45,349 nt of DNA from Octopus bimaculoides (Eukaryota), in NCBI RefSeq assembly GCF_001194135.2, contig NC_068983.1, forward strand, positions 111,613,072 to 111,658,420, given 5' to 3'. The notes under the pieces were generated by a model. The model ran no database searches. It was not told the origin of the DNA and saw only the letters and a program-made list of their open reading frames with translations. Shown here one piece after another: positions 12,560-25,335 of this stretch (position 1 is its first letter; every line of letters starts with the position of its first letter). The position numbers were made by a program, and so were the translations under genes.

Positions 12560-13215
12560 GACAATCACAATAGCATGATATAGGCCAATGGTTTTAAGAA
12601 TAAAATAACACCAGTCATTAGTAATATAGGAACATATACATGATCCCCTTAAAAGAAAACAAGATGTAACATTATTGGTTATTTCCCTTCTCACTCATTG
12701 TAAAGAAAAAGGTCACTACAATCTTTTTAACTTGGTATAAAAGCATTTTCCAGTTAACCACAGATATTGTTTATTTAACAGTTACATGATAAAGCTGAGT
12801 TACAACTGCTCATTAAACATGAAAATATATTCTGCAAACCCACAGCCACAGTAACACCTGAAAAAAAAAGGCGTATCATACAGGAATGGCAGCATTTGCC
12901 AATGAGATAAATCATGCAACACAAAGGGATTTTTCTCTCAAGTGAAAGCTGAACACTAACACCACAATCAAAGTTTCACCATCATACAATACATAAGTAC
13001 GACCAAAGGTGAATTTAAAACATGACACCATAGCTGTCTACTTTAAAGAATATTGATTGTCTGCACACAACTAATGTCATCAGACACATCTTGGCTTTAA
13101 AACAGATTACCTGAATTACAGCATAAAGGATAATACTCAAAGAATCAACCCAGTATGAAAATGGAAGCAAAAACTGCAATTTATAAACTGTTGAGAAGAG
13201 TTTAATATTCTTTAT
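12560..13215 (+). pseudogene. Penelope-like element fragment (RT C-terminus and GIY-YIG region)
   Basis: Frameshifted translation: LVXKHFPVNHRY..IKLSY, EFKT*H, ILKESTQYENGSKNCNL*TVEKSLI, resembling the PLE endonuclease C-terminal NGSKRCNLCL.EK motif. Confidence 0.65.
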
Positions 13216-13224
13216 TACTAGGCA

Positions 13225-13371
13225 TGAAATTTGGGGAAGATGGATAGACCCTGAAAGGATAAAAAGGCAAAGTCAACTTCAGTGCAATTTGAACTCAGAA
13301 CGAAAAGATAGATGAAGTGCTACAAAGCATTTTGCCCAGCATACTAATAATTCTGCCAGCTTGCCATCTTA
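13225..13371 (-). mobile_element. SINE, same family as 38313-38515
   Basis: gaccctgaaaggataaaaaggcaaagtcaacttc...atttgaactcagaac...ttctgccagcttgccatctt. Confidence 0.75.
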
Positions 13372-13477
13372 GAAGTGTTTAATATTAAAGCACTTAAGAC
13401 TTTCAGATATATATCTAAATCAAAATAGTTAAGAGTGGATAAAGGCAGCACAGGCAGAAATACTTATTAAGATGTTG

Positions 13478-14230
13478 ATCAGACTTGGCAAGTCTGACAT
13501 ATTTTGGTTTCAGCAATGATGAGTACAATGTCACCAGCAAATCAGAAGTGAGTTAGTCAATGTACTTAATGAGCATTTCTCGTCAAATGGTAAACAGCTT
13601 TGGAGAGATGGTACTTTCTTGATTGACACCCTTCTCAATTGGGATCCTTATGTAGAGGTGGGAAGAACTGAAATCTAGGAAGTAAAGGAGTATGTCTACT
13701 TAGAGCACACAGTGAATATGTGCTGAGATATGGCTGCTGAAACCTCAAAGAGAATAAAGGCAGGATGGAGGCATTTACCTCACTAAAAGATGTTCTCCAA
13801 ACAAAGCTAAACAATGTCATACATGCTGAACCCTTCAATAGCACTGTCCTACCAGCATTCTTATATGCAAGTGAGATGTGAGCTATTAAGAAGAGGAGAG
13901 AACATTTATTGGTATTGGTGTAAAGAGTCATGGAAAGATCCATGATAGGAATATCATTAAGAGAGAACATTTGAAATGAGATAATTCAAGAAGGGAGTGG
14001 AGTGAACTCTGTGATCACAGAATATCAAAAGCACAAGTTTTGCAGGGTCAGACATGTCGCAAAATTCAACAGATGGACACATACAGTTGCCAAGTGGTAT
14101 CCAAAAGATTGGAAAAGGCCACTTGGAAGGCCTCCATGATGATGGGAAGATGATTAAATCAAGGGATTTAGGACAAGATGGAATAGAAAGGTGCAATCAA
14201 AGCAAAATTTGAAGTGCATTGATGGGTGCT
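13478..14230 (+). mobile_element. RTE-1-like LINE copy with 5' inversion
   Basis: Minus 13478-13650: RIPIEKGVNQESTISPKLFT, THF*FAGDIVLI. Plus 13650-14230: EVKEYVYL, FNSTVLPAFLYASE, MERSMIGISLRE, KRPLGRPP**WED. Confidence 0.8.
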
Positions 14231-14260
14231 CAATATTTTTGTACTGTGATATGTATATAT

Positions 14261-14262
<2 letters not shown>

Positions 14263-14293
<31 letters not shown>

Positions 14294-14894
14294 GTTTAAT
14301 ATCCACTTTCCATGCTGGCATGGGTTGGACGGTTTGACTGGGGACTGGCAAGCCAGAAGGCTGTACCAGACTCCAATCCGATCTGGTAAAGTTTCTACAG
14401 CTGAATACCCTTCCTAATACCAACCACTCCGAGAGTGTAGTGGGTGCTTTTTACATGTCCCTCGCATGAGGGCTAGTCAAACTGTACTGGCATCGACCAT
14501 GTTTAAATGGTGTTTTTTACATGCCAATAGTAAAAGAGCCAGTCAAGTGGCACTGGCAACGACCATGCTCGAATGGTGCTTTTTACGTGTCACCAGTACA
14601 GGACCAGTCAGCCAGAAATGGCATTGATCACGCTCGAATGGTGCTTTTTATGTGCCACTGGCATGGGAGACAGTCAGGCAGTACTGGTAATAGTCATGTT
14701 GAGTGGTGCTTTTAACATGCCACTGGCACAGGTGCCAATCAGGTAGTACTGTCATCGGCCATAACAATGATTCACTTGCCTCAACAGGTCTTCGCAAGTG
14801 TAGTTTATTGCCCATTGATTGAACGGTACTCTTAAATCTCCAAAGGTCTCAGTTACTTGTCATTGCCTTGGTGAGGCCCAATATATGTGTCATA
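14263..14894 (-). mobile_element. RTE LINE 3' end with tandem ~62-65-bp UTR repeats
   Basis: (cat)n tail, homology to 42330-43068, about five imperfect units containing gaatggtgcttttta. Confidence 0.85.
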
Positions 14895-15103
14895 CTTTAT
14901 TTAAAAGCAGCAGAAATATAACAAAAAGCTGTTTTTCAGAGTTTCACGTTCCCGTTCATCAACTGTCCAATGAACGGGAACGTGAAACTCTGAGTAACAG
15001 CTTTTTGTTATATTTCTGCTGCTTTTAAATAAAGCATATTACTCTACCTCTGGTATTTGAGTACTCTTTCTTCCACCTTGTCGCACATTTATGTGCTTAC
15101 TCC

Positions 15104-15105
<2 letters not shown>
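14895..15105 (+). mobile_element. Short fold-back element, probably a Penelope pLTR derivative, ending in (TA)n
   Basis: 65-bp inverted arms 14895-14959 / 14970-15034 (2 mismatches), 10-nt loop, ~70-bp unique tail, then (TA)n. Confidence 0.6.
14963..15000 (+). ncRNA. Minimal type-I hammerhead-ribozyme-like motif (variant or decayed core)
   Basis: CTGT-CCAATGA-ACG(GGAA)CGT-GAAA-CTC(T)GAG-TA-ACAG: stems I, II and III, GAAA and a GUA site are in correct order; core differs from CUGANGA at U4 and G5. Confidence 0.5.
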
Positions 15106-15140
<35 letters not shown>

Positions 15141-15502
15141 NNNNNNNNNNNNNNNNNNNNNNNNNNNNNNNNNNNNNNNNNNNNNNNTTTGTATTTGCTG
15201 CTGATAAGGTAAACCACACATGCGCAGTGAATTTTGAAAAATTAAGCATATAAACATAAGTCATGTTTCCTATGACTCGTGTTTATATGTTCTGTCTTGG
15301 TATTCCGCTGAAGATAGCTGACCAAGCAAGATATTTTTTATTTTGCTAAAATAGCTTGAAACCATGGTACGGAAAATAGATTGGTAAATGTTTTTATTTT
15401 TCATTCCCTTTCGAAATTATCCGTATTTTGTGGTATAGAGTTTTTTGCTGCTCTTTCTAGCGGGTTAGATGTCCTATTATAGGCATCTCTGTATTTTAAA
15501 TG

Positions 15503-15543
<41 letters not shown>

Positions 15544-15563
15544 TATATATATATATATATGTA

Positions 15564-16897
15564 CAGGTTGGGGTGGAGTGGATTGACGGTTTTTAAATGG
15601 CTATTACTCAGCTCCAGTTGGAGGGACATATATCTGACAGATACCATTCAGTCTGTGGTATCTTATCATTTTTGTTCCTTTTCAGGTGAAGCCTTGGTGT
15701 TGTGGATGATAGCGCATCGCGGGTTAGCCTACCGCAGTTACATGAAGAATAACAAGTCTGTCACTGCAGTTCAGTGTAAGTTTTGGTACCACTTCAACAT
15801 TCACTGAAATCAGGTTGTACCCACACATAACACAATCTTATGTTGGGCGAATACCCTTCGTACACGAGGTACACTAATGAATAGGAGACTAGTAGGGGTG
15901 CCATAAATGGTACAGAAAATGTGGAACACACCAGACAAGCTTTGATATAGATTCCGAATCGTTCTATTCAGAAGCATTCCACTGAACTTGGAATCGGTAA
16001 TCGACCAGTAAGGCATATTTTGCATAAAGACCTGCATTTCCACCAATACAAATTGGTCCTTGGGCAAAGTTGAAAACATGGGACTATGCACAGCAGCTTA
16101 ACTTCGTATGTCAGATGGAAGCAATTTATGAGGTAAATGACAACCTCATTTTGTTAATGAGTGATGAAGCTTATTTTCATCTCAATCGCATGAGGAATAA
16201 ACAGAACTGTCATTATTGGACTCGTGAAAATCTGAGAGAACTACACAAAAGACCACTGCACAGCCCAAAAGTGATGGTCTGATGCACTGTCGGAAAAGTT
16301 GCCGTCGTTGGTCCTTACCTTTTTGAAGACTGTAATGGAAATACTCTTACTGTGAACTCTGAGCATTACATCAAGATGATAAACAACTTCTTTGTGCCTG
16401 AATTACAACAATAATGTATGCCTATTCGTTATGTGTGATTGCAGCAGGATGGGGTGATGGCCCACACAGCTAGAGCACAATGGACGTTCTGCACCCTCTC
16501 TTTAGTGACCGCCTCATTTTGAGGCTTGCTGACATTCCTTGGCCCCCATCGATCTTCTGATTTATCCGTGTGTGATTATATTTCTTGTGGAAAAACCTCA
16601 AGGCACATGTATATGTGCATAAACATCATACACTGGATGATTTGAAGGAAGCTATTCTTGTAGAAATCACACAAATCAACAGAGCAATGCTGGAGAGAGT
16701 GGAGGCCAACTTCCAAGAACGCCTTCAGAAATGCATCAACAGAGACGGACGTTACATGATGGATGTTGTTTTTCACATTTGATTTTGACAACTGCTAATT
16801 CAATACAAATACATTGATGTCAGTAAAATTTGTTTGCAGCTAAAATTAATGATTTTGTTAATTTTTCAAAAACGTCTGTTTGCTCTGCCCCACCCTG
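15564..16897 (+). mobile_element. Full-length defective Tc1/mariner transposon, DD41D (rosa-like)
   Basis: TA at both ends; imperfect TIRs CAGGTTGGGGTGGAG / CTCTGCCCCACCCTG; transposase motifs LMSDEAYFHL, QQDG, W(P)PRSSDLSVCDY; 41 residues between D2 and D3 after correcting two frameshifts; many stops. Confidence 0.85.
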
Positions 16898-16905
16898 TAT
16901 ATATG

Positions 16906-16936
<31 letters not shown>

Positions 16937-18275
16937 GTATGTATATGTTTATAATGTGTATGTATATGAGGGTGTGAAGATGTTTATGTGTGTGTGTGCT
17001 TTTAAGTTTTGAGCATGTTCATGCAAACATACATCTCTGTATATGCTAAGCTTCGACTCACAAAGGGCGCCAAAAATCTCAGATGATTACTTCAGTTAAC
17101 CCTTCATCTTCCAACATACCCATAATAAATTCCATTTTAATTACTTTTATTTTGATTCAAAATGTTTCTGATGTGAGAGTTACACAACTGTGATATAATC
17201 TCAGAAAATGATTTGTAGTGTATTTTATTAATTATAATTTTTATACTATAACAATCTCTACCAAGATGCTTTGAATGTTCTCATCACATATGAGACAACC
17301 ACATACACATGGTGTTCTTGCATACTTACACACTCATAATATATGCACACACGCAAACACACATATACAAAGAGGATGAGAAATAGATTAACATGTGAAT
17401 ATATATATATATAAATGCACACAAATACACGTGTGCACACACAAACACACATGAACGTACATACACACACACACACATATTTGCATACATGCCAGCATGG
17501 AAAGTAGATATCAGGAGATGATAATATATCAATATTCAATATCTGTCTATGTATCTGCCTACGTATATATACATACATACATGCATGCATGTATATATAT
17601 GTATACACACATACACACACACACNNNNNNNNNNNNNNNNNNNNNNNNNNNNNNNNNNNNNNNNNNNNNNNNNNNNNNNNNNNNNNNNNNNNNNNNNNNN
17701 NNNNNNNNNNNNNNNNNNNNNNNNNNNNNNNNNNNNNNNNNNNNNNNNNNNNNNNNNNNNNNNNNNNNNNNNNNNNNNNNNNNNNNNNNNNNNNNNNNNN
17801 NNNNNNNNNNNNNNNNNNNNNNNNNNNNNNNNNNNNNNNNNNNNNNNNNNNNNNNNNNNNNNNNNNNNNNNNNNNNNNNNNNNNNNNNNNNNNNNNNNNN
17901 NNNNNNNNNNNNNNNNNNNNNNNNNNNNNNNNNNNNNNNNNNNNNNNNNNNNNNNNNNNNNNNNNNNNNNNNNNNNNNNNNNNNNNNNNNNNNNNNNNNN
18001 NNNNNNNNNNNNNNNNNNNNNNNNNNNNNNNNNNNNNNNNNNNNNNNNNNNNNNNNNNNNNNNNNNNNNNNNNNNNNNNNNNNNNNNNNNNNNNNNNNNN
18101 NNNNNNNNNNNNNNNNNNNNNNNNNNNNNNNNNNNNNNNNNNNNNNNNNNNNNNNNNNNNNNNNNNNNNNNNNNNNNNNNNNNNNNNNNNNNNNNNNNNN
18201 NNNNNNNNNNNNNNNNNNNNNNNNNNNNNNNNNNNNNNNNNNNNNNNNNNNNNNNNNNNNNNNNNNNNNNNNNNN

Positions 18276-18321
<46 letters not shown>

Positions 18322-18389
18322 AATATAAATATGTATACATATACATGTGTGTGTATGTACTTAATATATATTATATATATATATATATT

Positions 18390-18600
18390 ATCATCACCAT
18401 CATTTTGACATCAACTTTTCTTTGCTTTCATAAGTCAAACAGAGTTTATTGAGGCAGATCTTTTGCAGCAAGATGTCCTTCTTGTTGCCCACCCTCACCT
18501 GTAAGGTAATATTTACCCATATCTAGAGATGTTTAGACAGGATATTCGAAATGAATGACAGTTCTTATCGCAACCATATAAGGTAAAAACAAGGAGACAT
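18390..18600 (-). mobile_element. SINE tail type B fragment
   Basis: gagtttattgaggcagat...accctcacctgtaaggtaatattt...acaaggagac, homologous to 8347-8590. Confidence 0.6.
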
Positions 18601-18699
18601 AAGCGTATGCATGCACATACATCACATTTTTTCCCTCTTTCTTTCACACAAACACATACACATACATACACGCACACACATATACGTGTGTATGTGTAT

Positions 18700-18706
18700 G
18701 TATGTA

Positions 18707-18776
<70 letters not shown>
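18700..18776. repeat. Compound (CT)n(TA)n microsatellite
   Basis: Direct dinucleotide repeats. Confidence 0.9.
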
Positions 18777-18777
<1 letters not shown>

Positions 18778-18890
18778 TCATCGTCGTCGTTTAACGTCCG
18801 CTTTCCATGCCAGCATGGGTTGGACGATTTGACTGAGGACTGGTGAAACCAGATGGTTACACCAGGCTCCAATCTGATTTGGCAGAGTTT
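18777..18890 (-). mobile_element. Young RTE 3' tail cut by an assembly gap
   Basis: Nearly identical to the reverse complement of 28131-28243; CpGs retained. Confidence 0.85.
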
Positions 18891-19596
18891 NNNNNNNNNN
18901 NNNNNNNNNNNNNNNNNNNNNNNNNNNNNNNNNNNNNNNNNNNNNNNNNNNNNNNNNNNNNNNNNNNNNNNNNNNNNNNNNNNNNNNNNNNNNNNNNNNN
19001 NNNNNNNNNNNNNNNNNNNNNNNNNNNNNNNNNNNNNNNNNNNNNNNNNNNNNNNNNNNNNNNNNNNNNNNNNNNNNNNNNNNNNNNNNNNNNNNNNNNN
19101 NNNNNNNNNNNNNNNNNNNNNNNNNNNNNNNNNNNNNNNNNNNNNNNNNNNNNNNNNNNNNNNNNNNNNNNNNNNNNNNNNNNNNNNNNNNNNNNNNNNN
19201 NNNNNNNNNNNNNNNNNNNNNNNNNNNNNNNNNNNNNNNNNNNNNNNNNNNNNNNNNNNNNNNNNNNNNNNNNNNNNNNNNNNNNNNNNNNNNNNNNNNN
19301 NNNNNNNNNNNNNNNNNNNNNNNNNNNNNNNNNNNNNNNNNNNNNNNNNNNNNNNNNNNNNNNNNNNNNNNNNNNNNNNNNNNNNNNNNNNNNNNNNNNN
19401 NNNNNNNNNNNNNNNNNNNNNNNNNNNNNNNNNNNNNNNNNNNNNNNNNNNNNNNNNNNNNNNNNNNNNNNNNNNNNNNNNNNNNNNNNNNNNNNNNNNN
19501 NNNNNNNNNNNNNNNNNNNNNNNNNNNNNNNNNNNNNNNNNNNNNNNNNNNNNNNNNNNNNNNNNNNNNNNNNNNNNNNNNNNNNNNNNNNNNNNN

Positions 19597-19646
<50 letters not shown>

Positions 19647-19647
<1 letters not shown>

Positions 19648-19730
19648 TGACTGGGTTTTTTTCAGTTTCTATTTGCCAAATCTGTTCTCAAGGACTCTAG
19701 TCAGCCCAAGGCTATAGCAGCAGACGCTTG
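19647..19730 (-). mobile_element. SINE CORE-like fragment
   Basis: ttcagtttctatttgccaaatc...ggctatagcagcagacgcttg, homologous to 1481-1570. Confidence 0.55.
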
Positions 19731-20227
19731 AAACATCTTCATCAGACAGAACTTACTCATAGTTTGAAAGAAAGAAAGAAAGAGAGACAGTGATAGAAAG
19801 AGAGAGAGAGAGAGAAAGACAGACAGACCGACAGAGAAACTGACAGAGACAGAGACAGAGTCAAAGAGAAAGAGAGAGAGATACTGTATTTATTTATACA
19901 TATATACATGCATATACAGACAGCGAAAAAGACATGTATGAGACAGACAGACAGACAGACAGACAGACACGTGGTTGGATACTATCTGTCTCTCTCTTTG
20001 TCTCTCTGTGTATATACTGATGTAAGATATTGTCCTCCAACTCAGAGAATCCTGAAATCCTGTCAAACTTTCCTCTCCATGTCAGCATGAAAAATGAACA
20101 TAAAATGATGATCATGATGATAATGATATATTCACATTCATACACATATGTGCATATGCAGTGTAGCATCAGTGGTGTAAATGTTATACATATATATACA
20201 TATATATATATATGTATCTATCTATCT

Positions 20228-20297
<70 letters not shown>

Positions 20298-21369
20298 ACA
20301 CACTCTATAGTCTCACACACATATATGCATATGTACATAAAATATATTTATATCCTTATCCAAACATATACATACACTCACAGACATACATAAATATATA
20401 GGTATATAGATAAATATATATTCTAGTGTCTGTGTCTACTTTCGTTTGTTTGTGAGTTGTAAACGCCATTGGGTCAACAGGCTATCACTGATGACACTGC
20501 TGTACATCTTCGGGCATACCAACCTGTCACAACCCATTATAAGCTATTCTTATGAGAAAATTTGGATTTGAGCTTAGCACTTAGAACTAACCAAACACTT
20601 GTCAATTTTACCAAAGTACTGTTGCCTGCAGAGCTGGATTGTGTAAGTATATGTAACCATGGTTTTGCTGTATGTGTGTATATGTGACATTTTTGGTTCT
20701 TAATTGTTGATTCATATTCTATTGATTTCTTGCATAAGCACAATGCCTCAGCAGACTGATAAATGAGGGAAAATAAGATTGTATGTATTGTATGCCTTTC
20801 TCAAGAACATTATAATTATAAATGGGAAGAAATGGTTTCAACTACAGTCTGATATTATGTAGTAAATGTGGTACATGTCTCTCATAAACATATATGTGCA
20901 ATGTCAACTCCAACAAGAACTGAACTCCAAACATATAGAAATAAGCTAAGATACTGTAATGCATTTATTCTAACAGCCCATTATTTCTGATAAACCACTT
21001 CTTTAATTTCTATAACCACTGCATAACAACAGTGTGATGTATGTCCACCCATTTAAGTTGTTGCCACAGAACATATAGGTGGTATTGGATAGATGTTGAG
21101 TATTGAGCTATTTTATCTTTTTAGGGCCCATCCTTAGCTGTTATGTATAGTACAGCTCATCAAGTGTGTGTGACTAGTAACTAAGAAAACTATTGTAAGA
21201 ACTGCAAAGGAAATAATGTCCAATAAGTCAAAAGTATACTGGACTGAATAATGCCCAAAGTACCTTGAATAACCCTAGCTGTCTCCCATTCTATGCAGCA
21301 TTTAAAAGTGCAATAAGATGCAAGAAAATGAGCCATTATCAGGCCCAATGCAGTGCTTGAGTATTGCTT

Positions 21370-23424
21370 GACAGAGGGAAAACTAAGTAACTAAAGAGGT
21401 GCACTATACTCATAGCATTAGAGTTAGAAAGATACAACATTGATACAACTACTTTTTATGAGTGCAGATATAGATTCACATTGTTTTAACAGAAAAGCAG
21501 CAAAAGAGAAGTGCATGTGCAAGGTTAGATTTGCCATATAAATAGTATTATAGTCAAATTAAGCCAAGAACCACAACTGCTACCAACTCACTAGATTGTG
21601 AGTTTCAGAGTTTCTATAAGAAAGGAATGCTACAGTGTTCAGTATTTATGCCCATGTGTCATCAGCCATGATGATACAAAATTAGGGTTCTGCAACACTC
21701 ACCAAATGATAATATGCAATGTACCCCAGAGAGACAAGCTAATACTAATAAGAGATTTCAGTCTCCACATTTGATAAGGAGATAAGCAGCCTGGCTTTAT
21801 TAACAAACATGTCACTGGCATACTACTCAATTGGGGAATTTTTCATTTTAGGTTCTAAGCAGAGCATGATTAATGCCAAGACTTCCTTCAAACAGAATAC
21901 AAGTGGGAAGCAGCTGGAATACATTCATGCTTGAAGCTCTGGCATCTACTTGGCTATATCATAACTAGGTTGCAGAACATAGATGATATACATTTTACAT
22001 GAGTGGTGGAAAAGACCAAACTGTAGCATTGAACATTGAATACCTTAATCAAAGGCAATCTTCACAGAAGTTTCCATGAATTGAACAGGGCCAAACCTCC
22101 AAAGTCATTATACTAACAATAGGAAAGACTGAAGAAGCCACTCTGGAAAGTGATATGGATGAGGTTCTGGAATTGTGGGAGATATACTAACAAAGCCAAT
22201 TCATATGAATACAAGATAGTTCTTATTTTGCAGTGTTGTTTACAATAGTTAAAGAAATGTTTGAAAGTCCAGCGAAGAAATGCCAAGTTTCTTTTATTTG
22301 TTCACTTTTTTTTCTTTTTCAATATTAAAGTAACACAAATAAATATAGCTGCATATTCCAACCACTTGATCAAGACTAACAAGACTAACAAGAAACCTAC
22401 AGAATGAAGTTTAAGTGATTGAAAAATAAAGCTACCATGCTACAAATGGCTGTTGATTTCAGTAACATGTGTATCTTTGATTGGCCAGAGAAACAGAAAA
22501 AGAGTACTGCTCAGCTGAGGTCAGATGACAGATTAGAAAAGTTCCAGAAAAATTACAAATATTTGAGTACTTTCAGCAAATGCCCAATGTACAAGGGTAC
22601 ATCGATTAGAAACCTTGTAAAATGTGACACAAATAATGTATCAATGGAGGACTAGTAAATATAAAAGAGATATTGGTTGCAACCAAAACCACTCTCAGAA
22701 AGAAAGGCACCAGGAGTGGACAGGATAGTAAAAGTGCACAATAATGAAAGAAACAAACTCAGTAAATGTTTCCATTATTTAATTCTGGAAGCATGACTGG
22801 CAAAGGATGTCCTGAACTGGAAAAATGCTAGTACCATATCAATATTCAAGAAAGGTAATAGGAGTGAGTGTAGAAATTATCAAGAGATATTTCTGTTTAC
22901 TTTAGTGATGAAGACATCAATGTTGGTTCATAAATATAGGAAACAACATAGATATGGTGTTTTGCCTCAGTGAGAAGAAATGTGTGCAACAAAACAAGGC
23001 ACTGTATATACACTTTGTTGACTTTATGAAGACATTCAACACATGAAACTGGTCAAACATGCTGCAGGCATTTAGAAGGTTTGGATGTCATTCATAGGAC
23101 AACAAAATTCAACTATATGACTGTCCTTGCGCAATTGCATGATGGTTTAGTTACTCAGATAAACTTCAGTCATATGGTTTAATGTTACTGTGGGAGTCAA
23201 ACAAGACTGTTTTCTCACATCAACAGTATCCAACATTATTCTCATTCTGTTCGTTTGCATAGCTCAAGATGCATTCCATTAAATGAATGTATATACATAC
23301 AGTTATACTTTCAGTGTAGTTGTACTATGTATTTTCATGTAGTTTTAGGTATTTAGACAGGTTAACATCAAACACTAATCTGTTTAAATTGTCTTGAAGC
23401 TAAGGCAAAGACCATACATCTGTT

Positions 23425-23495
<71 letters not shown>

Positions 23496-23900
23496 AAAAC
23501 AGACAGAGATGGATTGAAAGAGAGAGGGAGGGAAAGGGTGAGAGAGATACTGTTTGCTGGTGATTGTGCCCTTGTCTTCCATAGTTGACGATCTGATAAG
23601 CACTTTTGACTGTGCAGCCACAAAGCTCTGAATATTAATATTTAGATGGAAGTTCTCTTACAGTCCACTCCTATCTCAAGCTCTACACTGTTAAAATGAA
23701 GGAATTGGTAGTGACAAGCTGCTTTACCAATAAAATTAGAGTAACCTGCTGTGATGGTAAGCTCTGAAAGAAACTAAATCACGTGATGAGCTCGGTTTAG
23801 CATTTGTAAAGTTAAGGGAGCATAATTGTAAAACAGCACACAAATGATATGGTCCATATGAAATGCAAAATATACTGAGCAATAGAATTAGCAACACTGT
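21370..23900 (+). mobile_element. Ancient, heavily decayed RTE/BovB-like LINE (APE plus RT)
   Basis: Residual motifs in order: LIALELERYNID, IYA, DKLILIRDF, IFKKGNRSECRNY, LYIHFVDFMKTF, VTVGVKQDC, LFAGDCALV, LAFVKLRE. Confidence 0.65.
23427..23530. repeat. (GA)n microsatellite inside the old RTE RT region
   Basis: Direct dinucleotide repeat located just before LFAGDCAL. Confidence 0.9.
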
Positions 23901-24329
23901 TGTTCAGATTAGAGACATGGAAGTGGTTAAAGGTAACAAAGAGATAAAATATTAATAACCACAGGTGAACCATAACAGCCCAGGGCAGAAACCAGTGGGG
24001 GAATGTGATCCATTTTTGACAGCATGACTCATGATTTTATAAATAGTTACTGTTACTTATTAATGGGCAGCCTATTATAATGAGGAGGAGGATGACTTCC
24101 TTAATAATGATTTTTTACATAGGCAACACACACACGCACACACACACACACACATGCACACACACATGCACACACACACATGCACACACATATTAATACA
24201 CACATATACACACATATATAGAAACACATACACACACATATTAGCACACACATATATAGTAACACATACACACACATATTAAAAAAATTGATTCTATTAT
24301 TTGTCTCTTATCTTTGTGGGTGGGCTACT

Positions 24330-24700
24330 TTCCATGGAACAAGAGTGTTATCTGTCATGTTATGTATTATAATATGTATTGTAATGTTTTACAATAGTAC
24401 CTTGTTAGAAATGCATGGTTTGACTGTTGAATAATGTGGTATAGCAGTTCGGATGATGAAGTTTCCAACTTTCATATCTGCAGTTCAATCAGTATATTAC
24501 ATTAGTCATTTGGAACATTTTCTCATCCTTTCTGGCTTCTGGTTTATTGTTGATAACCAAGTTTCTAATCTTTATGATTTTATAATAAATTTCCAATACT
24601 AGTTTATCATTAAGGTTAATGCATTTAGTGTAGTGTTTTATCAGCTTTTTTAAGACAAATTCATCAGTCCAGTAACCATAGTACATTTTTGTCCGCCTAA
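24330..24700 (-). pseudogene. Penelope-like element fragment upstream of and into GIY-YIG
   Basis: ORF 24489-24686 TDEFVLKKLI..NDKLVLEIYYK..NLVINNK..TNVIY, then TMHF*QGTIVKHY. Confidence 0.6.
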
Positions 24701-25209
24701 AATATTCTTTGTGTGCATGTGTATGTGTGCGTTTTCTTGTATACTAGCTATATGTGTGCGTTTTCTTCTAGCCTTGCTATACTTCATTAGTGTTTGTATA
24801 AGTAAAATCAATTTATTTTTCCTCTGTAACATTTGATATGTTGGTTGACTACAATGTTAGAATAGCCATTATTGATTAAATTCCAGCTATATCTAGCTAA
24901 TGTACAGAGTCTGTGAAGGTTCTTCAATATGAGATTTTATTTTTTACGACTGATTTGGCTTTTGCTTTTAAAAAAATATTTATGTAGATATTCACTTTCG
25001 GAATTCGTATATGTAGGTGTTCATATTGTTCATTGATGTAATATGTTTATTATTATTATGTATATTATGTATTCCTGTCAAAAGAAATCATTATCTAAAT
25101 ATATCAAAAAGAAATCATTGTTACAAAGTATCTGAGAATCCGAAAATGAAAACCTCGATTATTGTCGTAGGATCAGTGAACAGCAGACTCAGTATGTCGT
25201 TGAACCAAT

Positions 25210-25335
25210 ATGCTTAACAGTGTGTAGTTATATTACATAACCTTGTAATTTCAAATCCAACTAAGGTTAACTTTGACTATCATCTTTACTAGGTTGATAA
25301 AATAAGTACCAGTAAAGTACTAGTATCAGTTTAAT
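25210..25335 (+). mobile_element. Decayed SINE, family of 38313-38515
   Basis: ttcaaatcc...aactttgactatcatcttt..ggttgataaaataagtaccag. Confidence 0.55.

Noticed and set aside
14440-14760. CRISPR-like periodic repeats (also 42580-42890, 45159-45330)
   Set aside because: Head-to-tail tandem units with no unique spacers, inside or related to a LINE 3' UTR; no cas genes; eukaryotic context.
15190-15470. Promoter-like patch (catgcgcag, slightly more CpG)
   Set aside because: One short motif between repeats with no downstream gene evidence.
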